A stretch of 64,000 nt of DNA from Geosiphon pyriformis uo1 (Eukaryota > Fungi > Glomeromycota). A program made the translations under genes and the position numbers. The first letter of the stretch is position 1. Every line of letters begins with the position of its first letter. Positions 24,435 to 37,869 of the stretch are shown here, one piece after another. The stretch is taken from the NCBI GenBank assembly GCA_016748015.1, contig JAAOMT010000372.1:806001-870000 (forward strand), read 5' to 3'. The notes beneath the pieces are model-generated. The model saw nothing but the letters and a program-made list of their open reading frames with translations. It was not told the origin of the DNA and did not search any database.

Positions 24435-25800
24435 ATGAATATACAAAAATATCAACAACTCCAACATTATATAAATACTCAACTGTTTAAGAAAAAACTA
24501 TCTCAAAAGGAACAAAACAACATAAAACAACAATCAAAATATTTTATCAACCACCAAAATATACTGTACCAGAAAAACAAAAAGAACCCAGATCAACCAA
24601 TCAGAGTAATTACAGAACCAGAAAAAGAGACAATATTGTTCAACATGCACTCAGATCCAACAGCAGGACATTTTCATAAAAAAGCAACCATGAAAAAAAC
24701 CAGAAAGAGATACTATTGGCCATCAATGTATCCAGACATCATTTAATATGTTCAAAATTGTAATGCTTGCCAAAGAAGAGGAGAAGTGAGACCAAATGAA
24801 CCATTAAGACTAATCAAAGTGGGACAACCATTTGATCAAATTGGAATTAATCTAATTAGACCATTAACACTCACCAGCAGAGGCAACAAATATATTGTAG
24901 TAGCCATAGACTATTTTACAAAATGGCTGAAAGCAAAAGCCATTCAAAGAGCAGATACAAAATTTGTTGTCAAATTTGTTCATCAAGATTTAATTTGTTA
25001 ACATGGATGTCCAAAAAAACTATTATCAGATCAAAGAACTCACTTTGTAAATAGAACATTAGCAAAATTAAGTCAAAGATTTGGAATAAAAAGACCATTA
25101 TCATCACCATACCATCCATAAACAAATAAGTTAGTTAAAAAGTTTAACAGAATATTGTGTAAAACAATCACCAAAATCAGTCAAAAAAACCAAAATGAAT
25201 AGAATTTGTTTATACCATCAGTATTATTTGCTTATCGAACAATGAGACAAGATACTACACAAGCAACACCATTTGAATTAGTATATGGTAGAACAGCAAC
25301 ATTATCAGTTCAACACATATTTAACTAAACCAATAACAAAAGCTAATTTCCAAGAAACATTGTTGAGAAGAACATATAACTTAATAGAAACACTAGAAAA
25401 CAGATAACAAAAAGCAGTTGATAACATTCAAAAGTCTCAAGAAAAGCAAAAAGAATAACACAATAACCAATTACCAAATAAACCAGTTGAATTTAAGATT
25501 GGAGACAAAGTACTTCTATATCGTACCAAAGTGAAAAAACAATGGAGTAGAAAATTTGACTCCAAATAAGACAGACCATTTTACATAGAAAAAATTCTAG
25601 GAAATAGAGCTTATAAATTAAGATAGGACAACAAAATATTAGCCAAAGCAGCATATAGTAATCAACTGAAACTATATCACCAAATAGTATTATCATCTAC
25701 CAATAATATTTCACAATTGAGAGTACAATGAATACTAATCCAACCAGATGAAATTCCACGAGATCTAGAACCAATCATAATTATCAGACTAAACATGTAA
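24435..25800 (+). pseudogene. E2 integrase, separate ORF
   Basis: MNIQKYQQL start, MHSDPTAGHFH..CNAC, DDE core. Confidence 0.9.
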
Positions 25801-25861
25801 AATCAAACAATAAAAAGAGTATATAAAGACACAGTATATGCAACAAAAGCAACCAAGAAAA

Positions 25862-26496
25862 ATGAAAATACCAGATCATATTCACATTATAGCTCAACAA
25901 TTATTCCAGGCCTTAAGTCAACAACCTTTAGACATAGAAATTATCATTAACAACCAAACAAATTGCTATCAAAACACTAAAAGAAAAACAAAAAATACAC
26001 CATATTAGCAATTACCAAAAAATGATAAAAACTGGTTAGATAACATAATAGAAAAAGTAAAAAACACTTTTGGAAAAATACCTATTATGGCACCAACAGA
26101 AGAACTTACAAAAGAGAATTAGAAGCAATAGACAGAACAATTTCCAATATCATATTGCTACTACCAGTTAGGTCAGAAGTTGAATATTCAGAAGTTGTAT
26201 ATCAACAAATTCAAGAGAATATTTAACCAAAACATAATACAGCAAATTGAAAAATTTATTGGAAAGAAGACAAACTCAACACTACATGTAAGAACAATTT
26301 ATCAACTACACAACATATTTCAGAACTATCCAGAAATACTGTTACACTCTGACATGGAAACCATAACCATTAACCAATGGGGAAGAATGAATAATATACA
26401 AGTAGAAGATATGAAAAATAAAGTCAAACAAACAATACTAAAAAAAAAGTATTAGAGCTAATTCAGAATGAAGATTTCAACAGAACTCAATATTAA
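25862..26496 (+). pseudogene. E2 ORF3 (divergent type B)
   Basis: MKIPDHIHIIAQQLFQ...EELTKEN*KQ*TEQFP.SYCYYQLGQ..IYQLHNIFQ..DFNRTQY*, homologous to E1 ORF3. Confidence 0.82.
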
Positions 26497-26510
26497 AAAG
26501 GAGGAGATAA

Positions 26511-26761
26511 TGTTACTCATAAAAAAAAAACAGATATAAAGAAAATAATAGACCAATAAGTAAATAGTATTTAGCACATAAGCACATTGCAGCAATATAG
26601 AGCAATAACAGAAATCATGGCATATTGTTCAGCAATGTGGAACAATATCAGAAAGCATGGCATATTGCTCAGCAATGTGGAGTGATATTAGAAAATTAGG
26701 GCACATTGCTCAGTGAGCATTGCTTAAGAAATAATAGCACATCACTCGGAAATGTGAACAA
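26511..26761 (+). repeat. E2 3' LTR, U3 part
   Basis: Matches 17203-17458; preceded by the PPT. Confidence 0.93.
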
Positions 26762-27484
26762 TATTACAAGTGATTGTTTGAAGTCTCAAGTCAAATAACA
26801 CATTCATAACTTGGTGCTCAAAGCTATTCACGTGGATAATAATCTGAAGGTTTTGGTTGAGTCCTTTGTATAATGAACAGAGATTCAATGATTGTTTATT
26901 CACAGCTTCCCAAAACTGCAGTTTTGTCAATTTTTTTTTCAGCTTGGTGGCCAGTAATTCTCTTGGTAAGATATCTTCAATTCCGAGTGTTTACCCTTAT
27001 TCCTGGGTTTTTTACCAGTGCTATATCCTAATGTTAGTACTTCTGTGTGATAATCCTCAATCAAGTTAATAAACAACAAAATCAAATCAAAGAAAAGAGA
27101 AAATAAAGACAAATAAAAGAAATAAGCCAAGGTGGTTTACAAGTTAGTAATCTGTCAATAGCCATGATCAAGAGCTATTGTTCCAGTGTGATTAAGTACT
27201 AATTACTATCAACATGAAATGTTCTTAAATTAAATTTAAACTGAAAGGTCTGTCTTTTTAGTTTCTAACACTACTGCTATATATACATAATTGAGATTCC
27301 TCAATTCCTCAATTCTTCATGACAGGAATCCTGGAATTCCTGGAATTCTGGAATTCTGGAATCTTGCAATTCTTTATGTAAGAATCCTGCAATTCCTGAA
27401 ATCCTGGAATTCCATATTTACTATATCTACTTCTGATTGGCTAATAACTATGCTAATATGTTTCCTATATTTCTATGAGTAACA
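26762..27484 (-). repeat. E3 3' LTR (internal deletions)
   Basis: Repeat of 35884-36733, ~125 bp shorter; adjacent PPT. Confidence 0.93.
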
Positions 27485-27497
27485 TTATTCCCTCCTT

Positions 27498-28127
27498 TTA
27501 ATATTGAGCTCTGTTGAAATCTAGCTCTTTTAATTCCTTCTCTTGAAGTATTTCCTGAATTTCAGTTTCAAGAATTACTTGTGTTATTTGGGTTTATAAT
27601 TCTTCAAATTGAGTATTGGTAATCTTTTCCAATTGATTACTGGTAACTGCATTTATTGCTTTGTTGAATAGGATTTTTGGTTGATCTTAAAATGCTGTGT
27701 GTATTTGGTATATGGCTTAGACCTGTGTAGATAAGTTGTTTTTCCTCACAAACTGCTCTAGTTGTTGTAGTATTGTTGTGTTGAATAACCACTTTGTTTT
27801 ATCAGTGTACAAATTTTAGATGTTCATGTGTTTTCCCAAATAAAAATAACAATAGTTTCTTGAAAATTGTTGTATCCACTAATTCCAAGTTTTTTTGGTC
27901 AACTCTTGATATAGTGAGTCTTTTGTTGGCTCCTGTATTGCCATTTTTACTTTTGCAATAACTTTGTCAATAGTATTTTCTGGTTTCTTCCATGTTTTGT
28001 GTTGAGATGTCTTTTTAGTATCTTGGTACCAAATAGTTTGTAGATTAATTGTAATCTCCATTTCTTGGTGTTAGATTAATTGAAAAAGTTGTTGTGCTAG
28101 TGAGTGAATGTTGTCTGTAATTTCCAT
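27498..28127 (-). pseudogene. E3 ORF3 (type A, close to E1)
   Basis: MEITDNIHSLAQQLFQ...LDFNRAQY*; 630 nt, the same length as E1 ORF3. Confidence 0.85.
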
Positions 28128-28180
28128 TTTTCTGATATTTTCTGTCACATCTACTATGTCTTTTATATATTTTTTGTCAA

Positions 28181-29560
28181 TCATATTTATTTGTTGTTGA
28201 TAATAATAATTGGTTCCAGATCTCGTGGAATCTCATCTGGTTGAACTAATGTTTTCTGTACTTCTAGTTGGGGAATATTACTATTGGGTGGTGATATTAT
28301 ATTGTGATATGGTTTCAGTTGATCTCCATGTGTTGTTTTGGTTAAAATTTTGTTGTTCAATCTTAATTTATAAGCTTTATTTTCTAGAATTTTTTCTATG
28401 TGAAATGGTTTGTCTTATTTGAGGACAAATTTTCTATTCCATTGTTTTTCTATTTTGGTACAATATAAAAGTACTTTGTTTCCCATCTTGAACTCAACTG
28501 GTTTGTCTGGTAGCTGATTATTATGTCTTTCTTTCTGTTTCTCTTGTGACTTTTGAATGTTATCAGCTGCTCTTCTTTGTTTGTTTTCTAATGTTTCCAT
28601 TAAGTCATATGTTCTTTTCAACAATGTCTCCTGGAAATTCTCTTCTGTTATTGGTTCAGTTAGATATGTATTAACTTCTATCTTCACTGGTATTGTTGTT
28701 GTTCTACCATATACTAATTCAAATGGTGTTGCTTGTGTAGTATCTTGCTTCATTGTTTAATAAGCAAATAGTACTAATGGTATGAACAAATCTCATTTGT
28801 CCTGGTTTTCTTGGCTAAGTTTGGCGATTGTTTTATACAATGTTCTATTAAATTTTTCAACTAAACTGTTTGTTTGTGGATGATATAATGATGATAGTGG
28901 TCTTTTAATTCCGAATTTTTGGCTCAATTCTGCTAGTGTTCTGTTCACAAAGTGAGTTCTTTGGTCTGATAATAATTTTTTTGAACATCCGTGTTGACAA
29001 ATCAGATCTTGATGGATGAATTTGGCAACGGATTCTGCATCTGCTCTTTGAATTGCTTTTGTTTCTGGCCATTTAGTGAGATAGTCCATGGCTACTGCAA
29101 TGTATCTGTTCCCTCTGCTGGTAATTGTTAATGGTCCGACTAAGTCAATTCTGATGTGATTAAATGGTTGTCCCACTTTGATTAGTCTTAGTGGTTCACT
29201 GAGTCTGATTCCTCCTCTTCTTTGACAAACATCACAATTTTAAACATATTAGATAATGTCTGGATACATTGATGGCTAGTAATATCTTTTTCTAGTTTTT
29301 TTTATAGTTACTTCTTTATGGAAATGTCCTGCTGTTGGATCTGAATACATGTTAAATAGTACTGTTTTTTTTTTTGGCTTTGTAATTACTCTGGTTGGTT
29401 GATCTGGGTCTTTTCTATTCTTCCAATAAAGTATGTTTTGGTGTGTGATAAAGTATTTTGATTGTTGTTTGATACTATTTCATTCTGATTGAGATAATTT
29501 CTCTTTGAACTGTTGAGTATCTATATAATGTTTGAATTGTTGGTATTTTTGGGTGTTTAT
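28181..29560 (-). pseudogene. E3 integrase, separate ORF (start ATG mutated to ATA)
   Basis: ORFs 28793-29176 and 28415-28753 are homologous to E1 IN. Confidence 0.9.
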
Positions 29561-29622
29561 CTTTTGTTATATTTTTATTGGGTTTGGTTTGGTTTTGTTA
29601 TATTTTTTGGGTTGAAATGTTT

Positions 29623-32600
29623 TTAGATTTGTCTTATTTGTGACAAACCATCAGCATTTCTGTTGTCTTTTCCCTTTTTATAATGTATGGTATAAGTATA
29701 TGGTGAGAGTGCCATTTTCTATCTTGATTGTCTGCCATCTCCAAATTCTTGTTTTTGGAGTGATGTCAGTTCTTTGTGATCTGTGTATACCTCAAACTTC
29801 TGGCTTAAATATTCTTTCCATTTCATAACTGCCCAATAAATTGCTAAGTGTTCTAATTCTGGTGTTCCATAGTTCTTTTCAGTTGGCGTTAAATCTTGGC
29901 TGGCATATGCAACTGGATGTTCTCTTCTATTTGATCTTTTCTGTGATAGTACTGCTCCCAATGCTTAACCTAATGCATCAATGGTAATGATGAATGGTTT
30001 ACTGTGATCTGGATAGATCAATACTGGAGCTTAAATAAGCTTTTTTCTTAAGATGTTAAATGCTTCTTGCTGGATTTCAGTCCATTTGTATTTTACATTC
30101 TTGGTTTAGAAATGATTGAGTGGCTGAATTATCTTAGAAAAGTCTTTGATGAAATGGTAATAGTAGTTTGCAAATCCCAAGAATGATTTTAACTTGGTCA
30201 TGTTAGTTGGTACTGGAAATTTCTTTACTATCTCTATCTTATCCGGATTTGTCTTGATACCATCTTTGCTTACTATATGTCCTAAGAACTTGAGTTTTGT
30301 TTTGCCAAAGAAACACTTTGTTGCATTCAATTTTAATCCAGTTTTTCTCAATCTTTCAAATACTTGTTGGAGATGATGTAATTGGTTGTCAAATATTTTT
30401 GAGAATACATTGGTGTCATCTAGATAGACTACTACTGATTTTCACAATAAGCCAGTATATACTATTTCTATTAGCTATTGAAATGTGGCTGGAGCATTCA
30501 TCAAGTTAAATGGCATAACTTCGAACTTGAAATTCTCTTCTCTCATCATAAAAGCTGTTTTTTTTTTGTTTGCTGAATTCATGGCTACTTGTCAGTATCC
30601 ACTTTCTAGATTCAGTGTTAAGAACTATTTATTTCCTCTAAAAGCATCGAATAGCTCCTGAATTCATGAAGTTGGATAGCTGTTTCTACGAGTGACTTTA
30701 TTGAGTTTTCTGTAGTCCACACAAAATCTGATCTTTCCATTTTTCTTCCAAACAAGTATCACTGGTAATAACCATGGGCTCATAAATGGCTGAATTAGTC
30801 CATTGTCAAGCATTCAGTTGATCTCTTGATGAATAATCTCATGGCTGGCTGGTAGTACTCTATATGCTCATTGTTTAATTGGCATAGCATCTTCAGTCTT
30901 AATCTGATGTTGGATGATGTCAGTCCTGCCAAATTTGTTTTCGTTAGTGAAGATGTTATTGAAGTTGTTGAATAACATCTTAAGTTGCATACGTTGAAGT
31001 GGATCCAAATTTTCCATGTTTATTTGTTCCAATTGTTTTGGTTGGAGCAAATAACATTCATTTCGTTTATAGATTGTTTGTGATGTAATATCCACATATT
31101 CACATAGTTGTGGAAAATCTGAAATAATGCTTGGTGATTGATTTTTTAATTCAGTACTTATGTATTCAAGGATGGTTTCATCTGGTATTGTGATGATGTC
31201 TCCTGTTGTATTGTAAATGGGAATTTTGATATGGTTGTGGCTTTTGGCTGGTATGTGGAGATTGATGAATCCAATCTCTCTTGATTCACAAAGACTTGTT
31301 TCTGCTTCAAAAATCTGATCCTTATCTTTCACTTTTCTTTCTATTGTTACCATGTATTGATTATATGATAGAATAGAAATTGCTTGACCAGTTGAGATAA
31401 TTTCTCCTTGGCCAACAATTTTTTCTTCTGCCATATTAACTGGTACATTTATTCTATTTGTTGATCCAAATCTCTGTATCCCTTTTGCTGTGATCCCTAA
31501 TTCTTTTTTGGTTCCCACTGATACTAACTGGGCTATTTTTACTAGAGGTAGGAATATTGTCTGTGCTATCTTTTCATTTGGTTCTATGGTATAGGTTTTT
31601 TCTGAGTCATTTTGTAGTATTGCTATGATATTTTTTACATATTTGGCATTAATTATTCCTCCTCTTATAGTAATCTCTCTTTTTGCTAAACTACTTCTGG
31701 AAGCTAGTTGAACCATGGTTGTTGCTGGTATTTCCAATGCTATTTTCAGATCGATGTAAGTGCGCAAATGTGGTTTTAATTTGATGGCATCTTTCCCTGG
31801 ATACCTCAAATCAAACCTAGCATCAGTATCATACACACGTTCTGACATGATCTCTTCCTTCTTATTGCTGAACCATTTCAAAATCTGCTTCTTGGTGAGG
31901 TCAGAGAGCACAATATATATTTCTGGGTTTGAATTGGAGTCCCAATTGTTGATGTTTTTGTTGTTATTTTGAACAAAGCTGGAACCAGTGTTTTCGTCAT
32001 CATTATTGTCAGAGTTTGAATCAGGATTGAAAACTGATTCCGATTCTGATGTGCAGCTGCTGATTGGTTCTTTTTCTTCTGGAATTGTGTAGATCATGCA
32101 TGGTGGTGGATTGTAAATAAGATTATAATCATCACAGAATTAGAAGTCACATAGGATTAAACAGTGGTCACATAATCAGGTATTGATTTCCTCCAAATAT
32201 TGCTCTTGCTCTTCTTTTGTGGATGCTAGATTCTGATAGTGTTCATAAAATTCTTCTGGGCTGTTTTCTAAGTCAAGAAAAGCATCCAGGTTGAGAACCA
32301 AAACAATGTCTGTTGGTTTTGGAGGGTTGTTCTTGATCTCCAGAATTTCATTGGGTGAAGCACCTTCTACTTTGGCATTGGCTATTTGTCAGATTTTGTC
32401 CTTGTTGTGTGAATAATTTTCTAAACAAGAAATTGCTTGGTGCCAGACTGCTATAATGGGTGTTCCATGACTCATCCAGTCGTTGATGAAGATCATGTAC
32501 TGGCACGAAGTGTCACACATTCCTCCTCAACCAGGAATGTCATTTCACATCCCTTCGTCAAGCAGTTGTTCTCCACAAGTGAGACATGGTTTATTGTTCC

Positions 32601-35600
32601 ACTTGTCTTGTCTCTTGAGATACCCATAGCATTCACAGTGGCATGGTTTGCAATAGTAATGGGTGCATGTCCAATAGTCTTCATCTAATGCAACTCAAGC
32701 TTCCATTGAAGACAACTTCTTGTTGCAGTCTTTACACTTGAGAGGAATACATGGTGGCTCTGGTCTGGTGTTGGTTGAGTAGGTTTTTCCCCAGTCACTG
32801 GTGCTGGCTTTGGTGGTTTTGTTGGTTTCAAGTTGGTTTTTTTCATTTTTTTTCCCTTTTTCTTGATTGCTTTCTTCCCACTCCCAGATTGATAAGTCTT
32901 CTTAATCATTGCTGATTTCCCAGGCTTGGTTAGTGTTCCAAGTAAGTTCTTTCTTTTTTTTTCTTTTTTCTTAGTCATTGTCATCCCAGGCAAGTATTGG
33001 TGGCAATTCGTTGTGGTCGACATTGGCCCATGACACTTGGTATGCTTCCTAAGTGAGTTTTGGCTTCTCTTTCTCCAAGTCAATTAGTGGGACTGGCATG
33101 TAACTGGGTTTGAAATGGCCACACGTTGCTGGTACTTGTATATGTCAGCTGTTTTGGCTAAGTTGCAACTCCTGAGTGGTCCAATCGAGGATGGCATTTG
33201 TTTGGTGAGCCAGTCATTACCAACTAGTGCTTGGTATTAAGTGGCTTTCATCACCAAAACTTTGATAGGAACTATGATGCCATTGGCTGTGATGATCTTT
33301 GTGCTGACAGCTCTGTCAATTTGGTGACCTAATTGATCCATGAGTTGTTTAGTGATGATGCTGTCAGCTGATTCACTATCCAGGATCAGTTTGATATACT
33401 GACCATCGACTTTGGCATCAGTATACATCACTGTGATGGGTTTTTCTTCTAGGGCAGCTCCACTGAATAATGGTACTGTTGTGATTTCCTTGAGTTCAAA
33501 AAGGAATATGATGGCTAAAGATTCATTGTCAGTGATGGTTGCTGGTAAGATGTTGTTGGTAAGTGTTGTTGGTTGATTTGGTTCTGGGTTGTTAGAAATG
33601 ACATCTTCTGGAATAACCAGAAGACTTAAATAGTGTTGCAAATTCAGGTTTTGGGTGGAACCAGTACCTGAATTCCACAAGTGTGATCCAGTAGGTTAGT
33701 CAGAGGAGCTGAGGATCAGTTGGTGTACAACCATTGCCAATTTCCAGTTTTGTGTAATTCTGGGTCTGGAATTTCTTAATGTCATTTGAGCTGGATTTTG
33801 GAGCAGTGTTTGAATTTGTTAAGGTTAATAGATTACTTGTGGCTGTGGTTGATAAATTGTTGGTGGCTGTGGCTGATAGATTGTTGTTGTTGACTGTGGT
33901 TGATAAACTGTTGGAGGTTGATAAACTGGAGCCTGATATATTTGTGGTTGATATATTAGTGACTGCATCATAGGTAGGTAAATAGGTTAATATTGTTCTT
34001 GATTTGGGTAGTGATTCAGAATTTGAAATAGGCAATCAGGATTTCTATATTGATTTCCCAATCATGAGTTATTATACATTCAGCAGTTGGCTCTAAGGTG
34101 TCCTTGTTTACCACAGTTGTAACAGACACACATTTCTTGCTGCCATGGCTAATTGGAGAACATTGTAAGATGTGACTGATTTTGGAAACAATTGGCATTT
34201 TCTTGATTACTGCGTTATTGTGAAAGTTGATAGATTGGGCAATTGTTAGCTAAGTATCCCTCTAATTTCTGATTAATGGAATCACTGAATTGTTTCAGTT
34301 TAGAATCCAAGTTAGATGACCTATTCATTACTAAATTCACAGCTTGGGCATGGTTGGCTTCTAACTCGGCAGCTTCAAAATCTTTAGCATAAGTAACTAC
34401 GGTAGGAAGGTCTACCAGATACATTGAATGTACTCATTGAAAAATGCTGCTGCATAAGCCTCTGATGAACTGATTTAAGATTTGTGGCGCTGTAAAGTAA
34501 TCAGCTTGGATAGCTTGGATTTAGTGCAGATTTCTGTGAAAGTGTCCTAAGTAAGTGGTGACTGCTTCTGTGTCCTCTTGTTTTATGGTGGTGAAAGTAC
34601 TTGCCAGGCAGTTGATGCTGTTATTATTACTGAAATATCTTAGGAAGTCGATTTTAAATGCATTGAAATTTTGGGGTTTCTGGGCCAAGCTATGATACTA
34701 TGAATTGGTGATATTCTTTAAGAAATATGAGATGACTTGTATTGTTCTTGTGTCATCTTAATTGTTTGCAGTAATGGCTTTGGCGATGTCATTAATCCAT
34801 GCTTGGGTGTTATCTTCTTCGCCAGTGAACTTCTCAAGTTTTGCTATTGGTGCAAAAGTCATTAGTGTGATTGGTTGTTGTTGTATTGGTAATTAAAACT
34901 GTTGTTGTAAATGTTAAATTGGTTGTTAGATAAGTTGCTGTAGTGGTAGTTGTGTTATTGGATCAATGGGTGGTTGATCAATGACAATATTTGGAAGTAA
35001 GTTCAGCTGATTAATTGCCTTGAGGTTTTGATTGTTCTGATTTGGCTAAGCTTGAAAATTTGGAGTTTGAATGTTTAAGGTTTCAAATTCTGGGTTTTTT
35101 GAGATTGGGTTTTGGTAAATAAATTCTTAATTCTCAGATTCTTCTTCCTCTTCTTCCTGTTCTTCTTCTAATTCTGTGACTTCCTAAGAACTCATGGTTC
35201 CAAAATCTGGTTGAGGTGGCAGTAATCGAAATTCTGATGGTGTTGGCAATCATGATTTAAATCCTTCAAAATATGTGCCATATGGTCCTAATAAGTGTTC
35301 TTTTCTTTGTTTGCTTTGAAATAAAAATTGTCCAAATGTTGATGTTGCATTTGATGTAGATGCACCTGTTGATAAGATATTGATGGCACTTCCAAGTATA
35401 TAATAATATGATAGATTGGTTGGTAATTCAACTCTTGTTTTCTTCCAAGTAGGTAGTTGTATCTTTTGGGGTGTTACTGCTGGTGTTTGTAGTTTTTCTT
35501 TACCTTTGCTTGCATAAGTAATTGGGTATCTTTGCTGTATGTGATATTCGATTTCTTTGTTGATCTCAGTAATGATGGATGCAAAATTATGATTTGTTGG

Positions 35601-35822
35601 TAGGCTGGTGTTTTGAATTAATTTGTTGTAAAAAGTTTCTCTTGCTGATTCAATATTTACTGATGTACTCAACAAATATGCAATTTTCTTATTGACATAG
35701 AAATTGAAGGCTGATTCTGCTGATATGTGATTATAGTTTAACCCTAAGTGTTGGCAATAATATTGAAATAAAGATTTTGTGAATCCTAAATGGTTTGCTC
35801 CTATGCTTTCTGATTCTGCCAC
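29623..35822 (-). pseudogene. E3 Gag-PR-Cys-rich-dUTPase-RT-RNaseH polyprotein, decayed
   Basis: ORFs 35250-35822, 33237-33680 (LILDS), 30868-32097 (dUTPase and RT start), 30106-30351, 29719-29961; ends RQI*. Confidence 0.92.
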
Positions 35823-35883
35823 TTTTGGATGGGGTTGTTAGTGCTGGTTTTCTGTAGGATTATACCTTACAGGGAGCACCAAA

Positions 35884-36733
35884 TATTACAAGTGATTGTT
35901 TGGAGTCTCAAATCAAATAACACACTCATAACTTGGTGCTCAAAGCTATTCATGTGGATAATAATTTAAAGGATTTTGTATCTGAAGGTTTTGGTTGAGT
36001 CCTTTGTATAATAGACAGAGATTCAATGATTGTTTATCTGTAGCTTCCCAAAACCACAGTTTTGTTAATTTCTTTCTCAGTTTAGTGGCCAGTAATTCTT
36101 CTGATAAGATATTCTCAATTCCGAGTGTCTACCCTTATTCCTGGGTTTTTTACCAGTGCTATATCCTGACATCAGTACTTCCACGTGATAATCCTCAATC
36201 AAGTTAATAAACAACAAAATCAAATTAAAAAAAAGAGAAAATAAAGACAAATAAAAGAAATAAGCCAAGGCGGTTTGCAAGTTAATAATCTGTCAATAAC
36301 TGTGATCAAGAGCTATTGTTCTAGTGTGGTTAAGTACTAATTACTATCAACATGAAATGTTGATAGTGGAGAGTAAATTGAGATAGAGAATAATTATTTA
36401 TTTGATATTGGTGATGTGGAAGATTGCTTAGATTAAATCTAAACTGAAAAGTCTGTCTTTTCAGTTTCTAACACTACTACTATATATACATAATTGAAAT
36501 TCCTCAATTCCTCAATTCTTCATGACAGGAATCCTGGAATTTCTAGAATCCTGTGATTCTTTTGAGAGGAATCTTGGAATTCTGGAATCCTGTGATTTTT
36601 CATGTGAGAATCCTGCAATTCCTGGTATCCTGCAATTCCTCTGAGAGAAATCTTGGAATTCCACATTTACTATGTCTACTTTTGATTGGCTAATAACTAT
36701 GCTAATATGTTTTTTATATTTCTATGAGTAACA
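35884..36733 (-). repeat. E3 5' LTR
   Basis: Repeat of 26762-27484; E1-type U3 array at 36495-36662. Confidence 0.94.
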
Positions 36734-36737
36734 GCGA

Positions 36738-37393
36738 TCTTATAAAACATCAATTATGTATATATAGTGGTAACATTAGAAGTAGAAAGAACAGAATTCT
36801 TTAATTAGAGACCTCTTAGTTTAGATTTCATCTAAGTGATCTTCCAAATTCACAAATATCAATAAATAATTATTCTTTATCTTAAATTTCCTTTTCACTA
36901 TCAACACTTCATGTTGATAGTAATTGATACTTAAACCACACTGAAACAATAGTTCTTGATCACAACTATTAACAGGATACTAACTTGCAATTGCTTTTAC
37001 TTACTTCTTTATTTTTTTTTCTTTTCTTTTATTATTTCTTTTTATTATTTCTTTGGTTTTATTAAATTGATTAAGGATTAAGTACTGAAATACAAATGTC
37101 ATAGGGACTGGTAAAAGACCTGTAAAACAAGGGTAGAACACTCATAAATTTGAAAATAGCTTACCAGAAGAATTACCGGCCACCATGCTGAGAAAAAAAT
37201 TTGACGAAACTGCAGTTTTGGGAAGCTATAGATAAAACCATCAATTAAAATCTCTGTCTATTATACAAAGAACTCTGCAACAAAACCTTCAGATAAACTA
37301 CACCTTCAGATATTATCAATGTTAACAAATCAATTGAGCATCAAGTTACAGGTTTGTTATTTGCTTTGAGACTCTAAATAAATATCTGTAATA
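36738..37393 (+). repeat. E2 3' LTR, remainder
   Basis: Matches 17459-18123; followed by TSD ATGT. Confidence 0.93.
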
Positions 37394-37869
37394 ATGTTTT
37401 ATATAATAAAAATGTAATTTTAAAACAAAATAATATTTTTAATTATGTTATTATATAGTATTATTAGTTTAGTTTAATTATTCAAAATACAAAATTTTAA
37501 TATTCTATTTTTTGAAATAAGTTTTAAGAATTTTTTTTGGTAAAAAAATTTATATTGTTTAATAAAATGCTTTACATTTAAGTAATATTTTCAAAACTTT
37601 TTGATTTAAAAAAACAAATAACTTTAAAATAGTAATATTTATTTATTATTTTGTTGCTTTTTATCAAAAAAAATTTGGTTGTTTAAAGCAAAATTGTATA
37701 TTATTTTTAAAAATAAAATAATAATACTAATATATTATGTAGTTTTTTTTTAATTAGATTTGTTTATATTAAAGTATTTAATTTATGTTAAATATTATAT
37801 TTAAGTTAAGTTTTTTATATATAGCAAATTTTATTAGTTATTATTATTATTTTTTTATTAATTTAACAA

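Larger units (their letters stand above)
26762..36733 (-). mobile_element. E3: full-length Ty3/Gypsy element inserted in reverse orientation into the E2 3' LTR
   Basis: LTRs at 35884-36733 and 26762-27484; PBS TGGTGCTCCCTGTAAGG at ~35865-35881; TSD ACAA/GCGA versus empty site GCAA in the E2 5' LTR. Confidence 0.95.
17203..37393 (+). mobile_element. E2: full-length Ty3/Gypsy element of the same architecture; 3' LTR interrupted by E3
   Basis: LTRs at 17203-18123 and 26511-26761 plus 36738-37393; perfect 4-bp TSD ATGT (17199-17202 and 37394-37397). Confidence 0.95.
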
